From Streptomyces virus Karimac (taxonomy: Duplodnaviria > Heunggongvirae > Uroviricota > Caudoviricetes), in IMG/VR virus record IMGVR_UViG_2974575442_000001: a DNA stretch of 58,074 nucleotides, one strand, 5' to 3'. The notes under the pieces are model-generated. The model searched no databases. It saw only the letters and a program-made list of their open reading frames with translations, and was not told where the DNA came from. A program made the translations under genes and the position numbers. Shown piece after piece: positions 1 to 8,958 of the stretch. Positions within the stretch are counted from its first letter, which is position 1. Each line of letters begins with the position of its first letter.

Positions 1-379
1 GTGCAGGAAATCGAAGGCGGATCGTAAGCCATATCTTCATTTCTAAGGTCAGAAGGGGGTTCCAGCCTTAGATTCACAGCCAATATATGCAGCCAGCCTA
101 ATAAAGTATCGATTCAAGGGCTCAGCGGGCCTCTTAAAACCAGCAAAAATAGCCCCAAAACCTATGAAAACTGCCAATAATCGGCCTAAAACCTGCGAAA
201 ACACGGCATTTCTGCACATTTTTGGATGCATTCGTAAAGGGCATGCCAGATAGACCTTAGAATCATAGCTATGCATGCCTATTTTGCCTTAGATTCGTAA
301 GTCAGCCCTAGTAGACAGCCAGATTATGCAGCCATGACTATACAGCCTGGATAGTCAGCCAAGACAGATTGATTGTGCT

Positions 380-558
380 ATGTCTTATATGTAGAATTGA
401 CCCGGTGGAGTATTGGTTGATTCTCTATGTCTTATATAGTACAAGGACACCTACTGCCACCGGCCAATCATCCTTGTATATCCTATGTCTTATATCGTAA
501 AACAGAAGAAGCCTCCCAATAAAGACGGGAGGCTTTGTTTCATGTCTTATATAAGACA
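380..558 (+). repeat. Four copies of ATGTCTTATAT; the last lies in a perfect 16-bp palindrome TGTCTTATATAAGACA
   Basis: Copies at 380, 427, 485 and 542; palindrome at 543-558; non-coding AT-rich context. Confidence 0.85.
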
Positions 559-769
559 GACCGAACTAACTGTCTTGAATTTGAAATTGAAAATCATCCG
601 GGGAATTTCGGCCCATTCGTAAATGCGCTTCAAGATCTTCCGGGAATTTTAGTCCCTATCGTAAAGGGCGAAAAATCGGACATGAAGGACAAATGACTAA
701 TCGACCATGTAGTCATGGGAGTTAGTTAGGATAAGCAACGAACCGGGGCGGCTAGCACTTCGTGCCATA

Positions 770-873
770 GGATAAAATTGAAAGGTCCCTGGGTTGCAGC
801 CGACCATCTGCTATTTAATCCCTCGCCCGAGATGGACTGATAGGGAACCCAGGAACACACCTTATGACCTCAC
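770..873 (-). ncRNA. Candidate ~100-nt structured small RNA
   Basis: Lies downstream of a TTGACA-N17-TACACT promoter (908-880) with no credible ORF. It has a 10-bp outer stem UUCCUGGGUU/AACCCAGGGA, an inner stem CCAUCU/AGAUGG and a U-rich tail. Confidence 0.4.
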
Positions 874-908
874 TACAATAGTGTAACAAGGCCATCGCTC
901 TGTGTCAA

Positions 909-1112
909 TCACCACTGCAACTCGTCAGTGACGTTGTAGTGCGAGACGAACGGCACCACCCAACGAGAGTTCAGAAGCTTGCCCTTCTCCTCCCACAGGG
1001 TGAGAGTGCCAGTCTTGACATCGAACTCGATGCCATTGTCCATGATGCCTGTGAATTCCAGCTCCCTTCGGATACCCTCTTCGAGAACGATCACGGTCAC
1101 AGTGCGAGTCAT
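909..1112 (-). CDS. Hypothetical protein (67 aa)
   Basis: ORF track, restarted at ATG 1112 after a GAAGGG SD and its own promoter. Confidence 0.8.
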   Translation of the reverse strand: MTRTVTVIVLEEGIRRELEFTGIMDNGIEFDVKTGTLTLWEEKGKLLNSRWVVPFVSHYNVTDELQW

Positions 1113-1212
1113 GTTCTGTCCCTTCGTTGATACTAGTCTAACAGAGTACAAGGGACATGTCTACCACCGGGCCAAAATGACCGGGGCGGTCAGGCCCCGA
1201 AGGGCCTAGCCT

Positions 1213-1515
1213 TTAGAAGTCGGTTTCGTCGTTGTACAGATCCTCTTCGATCTCGCTCAGAGCCTCACCCAGCCAAAAAGCCTTTTCCTTACGACGGATC
1301 TCACGACGGTGCCATTTCCCATTGTCCAGCTCATCCATGTAGCGGTGAGCGAGGATACGGCTACCACCCATGACGCCAGACTTTCCAGAGCTGGAGTGAC
1401 AGCAGTAGCCACCACACGTCCGACGCCCGGTGCCGGGGATCGGGATTCCCTTGCTCATGTTGGCACGCTCCTTTTCGAGAATGTAGGAGTAGTATCCGTT
1501 GAGATCCGTTGCCAT
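1213..1515 (-). CDS. Hypothetical protein (100 aa)
   Basis: GAAGGAGGAG SD, own promoter and downstream hairpin. Confidence 0.85.
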   Translation of the reverse strand: MATDLNGYYSYILEKERANMSKGIPIPGTGRRTCGGYCCHSSSGKSGVMGGSRILAHRYMDELDNGKWHRREIRRKEKAFWLGEALSEIEEDLYNDETDF

Positions 1516-1612
1516 GCTCCTCCTTCGAACTGTTGCCAGTCTACACTAGTAGTCTCAGGATGTCCAGAGACCGGGGCGGCCAAAAGCCCCCGCCGAAGCG
1601 GGGGCCGTTGAC

Positions 1613-2608
1613 TCAGGCAGCCAGACTCAGCACTGCCTTACGGATCTTGTTCTTCTCAGCGTTGATCACCGGGTCGAAACCACTCGCCGCAGCGAACAGA
1701 TTGTCAACCTCACCCTTACGCGGCATCCGGTACCAGTCCAGACGCTCAGTCAGCGCGTTCAGCGCACCGGCCATCGTGCCAGCCAGAGACTGAGTGGTCT
1801 TGGGGCCGTCGCCCGTGTCGGTGAAGATTCCCATCAGCAGATCACGCTTGCCGTCCCACTTGACCTGAGAACCCTTGACGTTCTCAGTCGGACGGTCACC
1901 GTAGATCGTCTTGATCAGTTCATCGAACTGATTCTTCGTGCACTCCGTGCGGAACAGTTCGTTCATCTCGCGCTCGAACTCATCCGCGTAGGCGAAGGTG
2001 ATGTTCAGTGCCTCACGCGCGGCAGCCATGCGACCCTCGATGGTCTGAGTGTGGCGCATCTTGAACGTCTGCTTCACACCGTTACGGAGTGCGAAGTTCA
2101 GCGTGTTCTGACACACGACACGAACCGGAGTGACGCTCGCCTGCACCGCGAGAGAACCGTCATGGGAGGTGTTGACCAGCAGATACATGTTGGTCACGTC
2201 GGAGTCACCGACCAGAACCTCTCGGCCGATACGCAGAGATCCGAAGACCTGCGTACCATCCTTGATAGAACCGGCAGTCTCCCACGTTCCACCACCCGCA
2301 AGGATGCCGTCACCGAAGGCGAACAGCTCCTCATTCTGCACCACCTTATAGCGAGCGGCCACGATGCCAAGGGAGTCGTCCAGCCCATCGAACGGGTTGG
2401 TACGGATCACCTCGAACATGTCCTTAGACACGCGACCCTTACGCTCCAGAAGTTCCAGCCGCACGTTCCAGTTGGACAGGTGTGCGAGCCGAAGCATCTC
2501 GGAAGTGGTGAGTTCACCTTCGAAGACAGTTCCGAGGTTGTGCCACGCGGGCTCCAGACGAGAAGCGAACGCGACCTGACCACGGGAACCGATTTCGAGA
2601 CCGTGCAT
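1613..2608 (-). CDS. DUF932 family phage/plasmid-like protein
   Basis: Motifs AWHNLG, YKVVQNEELFAF, ETAGSIKDG, NTSHDGS and TPVRVVCQNTL. Start moved to ATG 2608 (GGAG SD). Confidence 0.85.
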   Translation of the reverse strand: MHGLEIGSRGQVAFASRLEPAWHNLGTVFEGELTTSEMLRLAHLSNWNVRLELLERKGRVSKDMFEVIRTNPFDGLDDSLGIVAARYKVVQNEELFAFGDGILAGGGTWETAGSIKDGTQVFGSLRIGREVLVGDSDVTNMYLLVNTSHDGSLAVQASVTPVRVVCQNTLNFALRNGVKQTFKMRHTQTIEGRMAAAREALNITFAYADEFEREMNELFRTECTKNQFDELIKTIYGDRPTENVKGSQVKWDGKRDLLMGIFTDTGDGPKTTQSLAGTMAGALNALTERLDWYRMPRKGEVDNLFAAASGFDPVINAEKNKIRKAVLSLAA

Positions 2609-2658
2609 TTTTGCTCCAATGATTGGCGGATTTACTACTAGCTTACCTTGCACGGGGA

Positions 2659-2718
2659 CTACTTGTCAAAGTAGTCAGAGAACACCCTGTGGAGTTGATC
2701 AAGCAACAGATCATCCAA
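2659..2718 (-). CDS. Possible 19-aa micro-protein (TTG start, MDDLLLDQLHRVFSDYFDK)
   Basis: It is the only plausible ORF downstream of the promoter at 2757-2786. The SD is weak. Confidence 0.3.
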   Translation of the reverse strand: MDDLLLDQLHRVFSDYFDK

Positions 2719-2848
2719 GGCTTCGGGCTTTCGCCTTCCCCCTTGCTGATAGCTCAAGTCTAACAGAGTCTAGGGTGTTGTGTCTACATGGTTCAAGGAA
2801 GATCTTTTCGCCGGGGCGGCTTGTGGCCCCCGAAGGGGCCACGGCCAA

Positions 2849-3241
2849 TTAGGGAATCATCCCCAGAGGCTCGAACGTTCCGATAATCTCGGAATCCTTG
2901 ACAGCCGCCACAGACTGATAGGTGCCGTCCCTGACCTCAGACTGAGTGTCGTAGGCAACGACCATGTAACCCGCGTCGTCCAGGTCATAGCCGAAGTTTT
3001 CGAACCATTCGGCCACCTGTTCGGGGGAAACCAGAACGCAGAACTCATTCGGCATGATGCCGCCGACCACATCGGTCCACGGCGTGGGGTGCGTCTCGTC
3101 CACGTGCTCACGGCACAGACGGTTGGAAACCGCCTTGACATTGGCGTCGAACGAGTCGAAACCCTCACGGTAGGGACCGGCCCACTTGCCCGTACGGTTG
3201 CCCTCATGCGTCGGGGGAAGGGCAACACGGTAAACAATCAC
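2849..3241 (-). CDS. Hypothetical protein (130 aa)
   Basis: GGAGG SD with GTG start, own promoter, host-like codons. Confidence 0.85.
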   Translation of the reverse strand: MIVYRVALPPTHEGNRTGKWAGPYREGFDSFDANVKAVSNRLCREHVDETHPTPWTDVVGGIMPNEFCVLVSPEQVAEWFENFGYDLDDAGYMVVAYDTQSEVRDGTYQSVAAVKDSEIIGTFEPLGMIP

Positions 3242-3352
3242 GGTTCCTCCTAGGTTTCCCTGGTTGGTAGTCCTAGTCTAACGGAGTATCAGCAGAGATC
3301 GCAACCCAATCCACCAAGATCTTTTGACCGGGGCGGCCCGAAGGCCGCTCTG

Positions 3353-3700
3353 TCAAGTGCCCATACGGATGATCATCTGCTCGATGATGAAACGGGCAAC
3401 AGATGCTCGATTGTATTCGTCGTCATTTCGTGTAGTGCCCGCAGCTTCCTTCGCAGCCATTGCGTTAAGGATGCCGATAGCCAGATCAAACAGAGGCTTT
3501 TGCAATTCCTCATGCTGAGAGCACATCAGGTATGCAAGGGTATGAGCGTTGAATGTACGCTTATCGAGTACGGAGAGAATCTTGTCTGCGTCCTTTTCCG
3601 CCGCGCTTCGACGGGTAGACGTAGTGCGAGTTCCCTGATAGATGTCGGGTGCAATTACCGAGACTTCTGCGAGACGAAAGATATCGCCATTCCGAGTCAT
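3353..3700 (-). CDS. Hypothetical protein (115 aa)
   Basis: GGAGG SD; last gene of the Lsr2 operon. Confidence 0.8.
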   Translation of the reverse strand: MTRNGDIFRLAEVSVIAPDIYQGTRTTSTRRSAAEKDADKILSVLDKRTFNAHTLAYLMCSQHEELQKPLFDLAIGILNAMAAKEAAGTTRNDDEYNRASVARFIIEQMIIRMGT

Positions 3701-3742
3701 TGTGCCTCCAATGGAACGGCCCCCTTTCGGGGGCCGTAGCCG

Positions 3743-3904
3743 TTACTTGGGTTCGAAGTCTTGCGTATTCCCGTATCCGTCAGATACGCTGACAGACATA
3801 CCGAGGACCGTTGCCAGGAAGGGGCCGAGAGCTTGGATCATGCTCCACGCCTGATCTTCCTGATCATCTCCGTTGGGCTCGATTTCGAGCATCACGTTAG
3901 CCAT
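3743..3904 (-). CDS. Hypothetical protein (53 aa)
   Basis: Translated by hand (MANVMLEIEPNGDDQEDQAWSMIQALGPF...). AAGG SD; fills the gap after the Lsr2-like gene. Confidence 0.7.
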   Translation of the reverse strand: MANVMLEIEPNGDDQEDQAWSMIQALGPFLATVLGMSVSVSDGYGNTQDFEPK

Positions 3905-3913
3905 AGGTCTACC

Positions 3914-4426
3914 TTACTTGCTCTTGACCTCTACGTCAAGGCCCAGCACCACCGGGCTACCGCACTTGCAATAGGCCAGGGAGTAACCGCACTTGCACGC
4001 TTCGTTCTCAGAGAAGCGCCACACCTTACCCTTACGGTCTACGGCCACGTACTCCGTAGAGGCGGAACGGAAACGCGCGGCGTGCGGGCGAACGTCCTTA
4101 CCGCTCGGAGTCTTGACACCGGAGACAGCCTCAGCCTTGACATCCGGGTTAGCCTTTGCGTACGCCTCCAGAATCTCACTGGAGATGCGGCCACGGGAGT
4201 TGATCTCGATACCGTTGGCCTTAGCCCACGCTCGCACCGCCTTAGCGTCATAGGCACCGGCCTTGACCGCAGCGGGCTTGTTGGTACGGACGACGCCCGT
4301 GTCAGCGAAGACGGTACCCGCAGCCTCAGCAGCCTTGACGGCTTCGTTGGCCTTGGCACTCATCCGGCCACGCTTGCCCATCTCAGCAAGACCGAGGGAA
4401 GCGGCGTACTCACGGCGAGTCTGCAT
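3914..4426 (-). CDS. lsr2: Lsr2-like DNA-binding protein (two RGR AT-hook-type domains and a Cys-rich tail)
   Basis: AVRAWAKANGIEINSRGRISSEILEAY matches the Lsr2 DNA-binding domain. The N-terminal TRREYAASLGLAEMGKRGRMS is a second, weaker copy. The C-terminus has CKCGYSLAYCKC. Confidence 0.85.
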   Translation of the reverse strand: MQTRREYAASLGLAEMGKRGRMSAKANEAVKAAEAAGTVFADTGVVRTNKPAAVKAGAYDAKAVRAWAKANGIEINSRGRISSEILEAYAKANPDVKAEAVSGVKTPSGKDVRPHAARFRSASTEYVAVDRKGKVWRFSENEACKCGYSLAYCKCGSPVVLGLDVEVKSK

Positions 4427-4541
4427 TTGGTTCCTTCCGTTGTCCTTCGTTGTGCCTTAAGTCTAACAGAGCATGGCGGGCGGGGTCAACATGAAATTAT
4501 GTCCGATTTGTCTCGCCGCCCCGGCCCCGAAGGGCCTCACG

Positions 4542-5264
4542 CTATTTCTTTGTGCGAGAGAATCGAATATCGGCCTTACCGAAGATGCAAAGGCCACACG
4601 TCACACATGCGCCACCCTTTTCGGTAATCAGCGGAATCTGCTTAGCATTCTCGGGACACTTCCCACCGGGAACGCCAGTCAGAGTTTCGAAGATCTCTTT
4701 GCCCTCGTTGAAGGTTTCTCCCAGATATGCCATTTTGACACCGGGATTGTCAGCCGCGCAAAGAAGCCCGGCGTTAAGGTTTTCCTTGTCTACACTAAGG
4801 TAGACAGACAGGTTAGGGATTGACGTGATGAATCCTACATACTCGAATGAACGAGTGTAGATCCAGAAATGCACGTCGGGGAATGCGAGACAGGTTGCCT
4901 CAATTGCTTCCGCATAAGCAGCGGAGAAAATGTCACCATCCGCATGCCACCGGAAAAGCTTAGGGACATTGTGCTTTTCGCATTCGTTCACGAATTCACC
5001 GATCATCTCACCGAGAAGGGAGATCATTTCGGCAAGGGATGCATCCTTGAGCAATTCCCAATTGTGCATTGCCACTGCGAGAAATGCGGGATACTGCTTT
5101 TCGATCCTTCCCGCATAGCAGATGGTTTCACACACACCAGTCGCACCGGGGCAAGAGAACGCCTTACCGGACGGCAGAGAGAATGCGTTTTTGATGAGTG
5201 ACTGCTTACCTGCCTTGTTGGCTCGGACGGTCGTCTTGCGGTCGTTGGTTCGCTTGAGTCCCAT
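4542..5264 (-). CDS. GP88-like protein with a radical-SAM-like Cys motif
   Basis: FSLPSGKAFSCPGATGVCETICYAGR, FRWHADGD and a C-terminal CVTCGLC. Leaderless start (TAGGAT-N6-ATG). Confidence 0.7.
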   Translation of the reverse strand: MGLKRTNDRKTTVRANKAGKQSLIKNAFSLPSGKAFSCPGATGVCETICYAGRIEKQYPAFLAVAMHNWELLKDASLAEMISLLGEMIGEFVNECEKHNVPKLFRWHADGDIFSAAYAEAIEATCLAFPDVHFWIYTRSFEYVGFITSIPNLSVYLSVDKENLNAGLLCAADNPGVKMAYLGETFNEGKEIFETLTGVPGGKCPENAKQIPLITEKGGACVTCGLCIFGKADIRFSRTKK

Positions 5265-5367
5265 AGATTCATCCTAGCAGACGTAAGAGGGGGAATCAAC
5301 ATGCTTGGATCAAGATCTTTTGACCGCCCCGGCCGAATGGCCCCCGAAGGGGCCATTGGCTAGTTGA

Positions 5368-5532
5368 TCACTTGGGGGCGACCTCGAAGTCATCCAGGCC
5401 GAGCGCGACGGTCTCGAACTCGTTGGCCATGTTGTCGGTCATCTCAGCGGTGATGTTGCGGACGAGCGCGACACGCACGGTGGCGGTCATGGGGGTCTCG
5501 GCGATGACCTTGGCGATGGCGATGGCCTTCAT
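5368..5532 (-). CDS. Hypothetical protein (54 aa)
   Basis: Translated by hand (MKAIAIAKVIAETPMTATVRVALVRN...). Strong host-like codon bias, own promoter. Confidence 0.8.
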   Translation of the reverse strand: MKAIAIAKVIAETPMTATVRVALVRNITAEMTDNMANEFETVALGLDDFEVAPK

Positions 5533-5587
5533 TTTGGAGCCTTTCGTCGTGGTGTGTTCTTAGTCTAGCGGATGGAGCTTGGTTTGT

Positions 5588-5728
5588 CTACTCGCAGTCC
5601 ACGAGAATTTCCATGTCGTCCAGGTGCTCGTCCGGTGCCGTCTCGGGCATCGTCCAGATGTCCTCCAGCCATCCCTTACGGATGACACCGGTCTGCATGT
5701 CGGTGATCTTCTCCAGCTTGACGCTCAT
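5588..5728 (-). CDS. Hypothetical protein (46 aa)
   Basis: Translated by hand (MSVKLEKITDMQTGVIRKGWLEDIW...). GAGGTG SD, own promoter. Confidence 0.8.
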   Translation of the reverse strand: MSVKLEKITDMQTGVIRKGWLEDIWTMPETAPDEHLDDMEILVDCE

Positions 5729-5860
5729 GCGAACCACCTCTCCGGGAGGTTTTCCCTCCCTTTCGATGTCTCTAGTCTAACAGACGTAAGCGAGGATGTA
5801 CAACACCTTCTGACCAAGATCTTTTGACCGGGGCGGCTAGCGCCCCGAAGGGCGCAGCTT

Positions 5861-6364
5861 TCAGCCGCAAATGGAGCAGTCGGGGCCACAGCCGTAGTCG
5901 TAGTCGTAGCTGTCGTAGTCGTAGCGGGTACGCATCGCGGCGTCCTCGGCGTCGGTGATCTTCTTGACCTCCGCGTCGATGATGTCCTTCGCGTCCTTGA
6001 GACCCAGGAACGGGAAGTCGTTACGGAGACGCTTGATGCACATGATCTTGTAGAGCTTGCCGATCTCCTTGATGATCTTCGGAGCGGCCTCACGCGCCTG
6101 GTTGTAGGCGAAGTCCTCGGCACCCCGCAGCTTGATCATCTCGGCCTTGGTGATCGTCAGACCCGCGTTGCGGATCTCGTTGGCCTTCTGCATACGGCCC
6201 TCGGTGATGCCGAGGTTGTAGCCGCTGGTGTAGCTGCTGTTCTGCTTCTGCTCGATCTCGTAGGTCACCGTGTTGTTGATCTGACGGGCCACGTCCGCCG
6301 CCTGACCGAGGTTCATGTCCAGGCCGTTGTCGATGAAGATCTTGACGATGTCGATGGCGTCCAT
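5861..6364 (-). CDS. Protein with a ribosomal L7/L12 C-terminal-like motif (paralogue 1)
   Basis: KIMCIKRLRNDFPFLGLKDAKDIID resembles the bL12 CTD consensus KVxVIKxVRxxxGLGLKEAKxLVE. GAGG SD. Confidence 0.7.
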   Translation of the reverse strand: MDAIDIVKIFIDNGLDMNLGQAADVARQINNTVTYEIEQKQNSSYTSGYNLGITEGRMQKANEIRNAGLTITKAEMIKLRGAEDFAYNQAREAAPKIIKEIGKLYKIMCIKRLRNDFPFLGLKDAKDIIDAEVKKITDAEDAAMRTRYDYDSYDYDYGCGPDCSICG

Positions 6365-6494
6365 GAATTCCTCTCTTAGAGGGTGTCTCCCTCTTTGATG
6401 TCTCTACTATAGCAAGGAATGGGGACCGGATGCAACACAGTTCCCGAAGATCTTTTCGCCGGGGCGGCTATGCCGCCCGAAGGCGGCACGCTGC

Positions 6495-6683
6495 TCAGTA
6501 CGCCTTGCGGATCTCCAACTGATCCACCTTCTCGAAGTTGATCACGTACAGGCTGCCGTTCGGCTCCTCCAGAACAGCCACCTTGGAGTACAGCTTTTCC
6601 TTGACCTCTTCGATGGGAAGGTTCACGCGGAACTTGACAGGCTGGTCGCGGTCGGTGTACAGAACGGTGACGTGAGTACCCAT
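6495..6683 (-). CDS. Hypothetical protein (62 aa)
   Basis: Own promoter, GGGGG SD, downstream hairpin. Confidence 0.8.
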   Translation of the reverse strand: MGTHVTVLYTDRDQPVKFRVNLPIEEVKEKLYSKVAVLEEPNGSLYVINFEKVDQLEIRKAY

Positions 6684-6789
6684 TTTGGCCCCCTGGCCTC
6701 GTTGGCTGATAGCTAAAGTCTACACGAACAGAGACGAGATTACAACCCCGAACCGGGGCGGCTAGCGGGGCCGAAGCCCCGCCGCCAAT

Positions 6790-7143
6790 CTACCTACGGC
6801 CCATCGGAAGGCCCTTCTTTGCTGCCTCCCTCTCCAGTTCCCAACCGTTGTTCGTCTCGTTGGGGTGAATGTATTCGATCTCCGTGATGCCGAGCAGGTA
6901 GGCGACGAGCAGACGGTGATGACCGTTGGTCACACGGTTGCGCTCAGGGCTGTAAACGATCGGCGTCTTGATGCCGTCCTTCTCGATGCTCTCGATGAAC
7001 GCACGCGGCAGCTCATCGAACTTGGCGAGCATGCACTTTTCCTTGTCGTCCATCCAACGGGAACCGTAGTTGCCCGTGCGGGACTCGGAAGCGTCCCCGA
7101 AGATCGCGTCGTGCCAGAGCTTTTCCACGTTGGCCTTGGGCAT
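6790..7143 (-). CDS. ParB/Srx-like nuclease-domain protein
   Basis: IESIEKDGIKTPIV...VTNGHHRLLVAYLLG is the ParBc signature. Start ATG 7143 (GGAG SD). Confidence 0.8.
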   Translation of the reverse strand: MPKANVEKLWHDAIFGDASESRTGNYGSRWMDDKEKCMLAKFDELPRAFIESIEKDGIKTPIVYSPERNRVTNGHHRLLVAYLLGITEIEYIHPNETNNGWELEREAAKKGLPMGRR

Positions 7144-7269
7144 ATCCACTCCAGGTTTCTCGCCCTGTTGATAGTCTAAGTCTAGCGGAGGATGTGATGA
7201 GGAGTCAACTCAACTCATCAAGATTTTTTGGCCGGGGCGGCTAGGCCGCCCGAAGGCGGCCCGCCATGA

Positions 7270-7413
7270 TCAGACCCAGTTCCAGCCGATGTGCAGGAAG
7301 AAACCGACGAGCATGATCAGGAAGACGCTGATACCAGCGTTGAGCAGAAAGAGCAGCACAGCCATCGGGCCGGTGACGTTGGAAGCGGTGATCGGACCCT
7401 TGACGTTGTACAT
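7270..7413 (-). CDS. Small membrane protein (47 aa)
   Basis: Translated by hand; one hydrophobic helix MAVLLFLLNAGISVFLIMLVGFFL; AGGAG SD. Confidence 0.75.
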   Translation of the reverse strand: MYNVKGPITASNVTGPMAVLLFLLNAGISVFLIMLVGFFLHIGWNWV

Positions 7414-7420
7414 GACACTC

Positions 7421-7543
7421 CTAGAAGAGGGAGAAAAGCACTGTCTTGACTGTCCACAAGCCTAGCATAAGTAGGCCGATGAAACAAGGAATCAGGATGG
7501 TTAGGCCGATACAGCCTATGATCTTCCCGATCAGTCCATCCAC
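7421..7543 (-). CDS. Small membrane protein (40 aa)
   Basis: Translated by hand (MDGLIGKIIGCIGLTILIPCFIGLLMLGLW...). GTG start overlaps the end of the upstream gene. Confidence 0.6.
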   Translation of the reverse strand: MDGLIGKIIGCIGLTILIPCFIGLLMLGLWTVKTVLFSLF

Positions 7544-7692
7544 TCAAGCGGGTCGATGTCCCAGATGTCACGGTGATTGCGGAAGGCGATGGCCCTCTCA
7601 CGACGCATCTCACCGAGCTTCTTGACTTCCTTGATCTTGTTGTTGCGGTTGTTGTAGCGCTCTCGACGCTGCTGACGAAGATCTTCTCGCAT
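7531..7692 (-). CDS. Small basic hypothetical protein (53 aa)
   Basis: Start moved to ATG 7692, downstream of the promoter at 7720-7749. Confidence 0.75.
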   Translation of the reverse strand: MREDLRQQRRERYNNRNNKIKEVKKLGEMRRERAIAFRNHRDIWDIDPLEWMD

Positions 7693-7806
7693 TTGCTTCG
7701 TTCCCTTCGTTGTGTCTCTAGTATATACAGAGGTGGCAGGGAAGTGCAACATAGATCTTCAAGATCTTTTCGCCGGGGCGGTTCGCGCCCCGAAGGGCGC
7801 TAGCCG

Positions 7807-8145
7807 TCAGTCCCGAATGTTCATGACCTCACGGTAGAAACGCTGGTAAGCGCTGGCCGCGTCCTCGGCATCCTCCAAAGACTCATAGTCACCGAACCCG
7901 TCAAGGGTGGTGATGGTGAACGCTCCCTCTTCGTTGCGGGACGCGTAGCGAAGGGTGTACGCCAGGTCTTCCGGGTCGTTGTTGTAGTCGGACGTGACGA
8001 AGATCGCGCCACGCTGGCCGATGGGGAAGATGTTGGGCTGGAGTTCCGTGTTGAAGAATCGCATGGAGGAACGGTTGAACCAGTGCGGCGCGGTGGAGTT
8101 GGTCTCACGGGATGCGATGACGATCTGGTGCATCGTGGAGAACAT
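7807..8145 (-). CDS. Hypothetical protein (112 aa)
   Basis: GAGG SD, own promoter; contains HWFNRSSMRFF. Confidence 0.85.
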   Translation of the reverse strand: MFSTMHQIVIASRETNSTAPHWFNRSSMRFFNTELQPNIFPIGQRGAIFVTSDYNNDPEDLAYTLRYASRNEEGAFTITTLDGFGDYESLEDAEDAASAYQRFYREVMNIRD

Positions 8146-8258
8146 TTGTGTTCCTCTCGCTCGGTGTAAGTAGAGTCTAACACAGTCGTGGGACAGAACA
8201 CAAGCCCTCTAGCAAATTAGCCGGGGCGGCCGAATGGCCCCCGAAGGGGCCAGACGAC

Positions 8259-8525
8259 TTAGAGAACGGGCTTCTTGCCGATTCCCATGCTCTTGCCGAA
8301 GTCGTAGGACTTGCTCTTGACCTCGTAGCCGGGAAGAACCTTGGTGACACGGAACGGAGCGGCACGGTGCAGAGCGGACAGCTTCTCAGCCGTACCCGCA
8401 GCCTCTACGTAGACCTTGCCGGAACGCTCGTTGACGCGGTACTCGAACTCGACTCCGTAGACGGTGGCCATCGTGATGACGACACCAGCGCGCTTGACGG
8501 AAACCTCGCCCATGAGAACGGCCAT
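8259..8525 (-). CDS. Hypothetical protein (88 aa)
   Basis: Own promoter, AAGG SD, host-like codons. Confidence 0.8.
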   Translation of the reverse strand: MAVLMGEVSVKRAGVVITMATVYGVEFEYRVNERSGKVYVEAAGTAEKLSALHRAAPFRVTKVLPGYEVKSKSYDFGKSMGIGKKPVL

Positions 8526-8559
8526 TGTTTTGCCTTTCGTTCGGTGTTACTAGAGTCTA

Positions 8560-8844
8560 TCAGATGCGGTGAACGTTGTCACGCAGTTCGTTGAACGTGT
8601 GCTGACTTCTGTCAGGGACGAAAGCAGCGTTGCGGTAGAACCCGTGATCCACAAGGACCGTGATCGAGTTGTACACAACGTTCTGTACCGTTCCAGTGTA
8701 CGCGATCTTGCCGTCAATCTCAAGGCCCTCGTTCAAGTAGAGCTGAGCCCAACTGTTGACGACTACAACCCTGTCACCCGTACGAAGCTTGCCGAAGTTG
8801 CTTTGCAGATACTTGCGGATCTTGTAGCTGAGAGGCATCGACAT
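8560..8844 (-). CDS. Hypothetical protein (94 aa)
   Basis: Own promoter, GGGGAG SD. Confidence 0.8.
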   Translation of the reverse strand: MSMPLSYKIRKYLQSNFGKLRTGDRVVVVNSWAQLYLNEGLEIDGKIAYTGTVQNVVYNSITVLVDHGFYRNAAFVPDRSQHTFNELRDNVHRI

Positions 8845-8958
8845 GATCTCTCCCCTTCGTTAAGACGAGTCTACATGACGCCGGGCCAGATTGCAAGACA
8901 TTCTCAAAAGAGCCGGGGCGGCCAAAACGGCCCCCGAAGGGGCCGCTAGGCTTTATGA

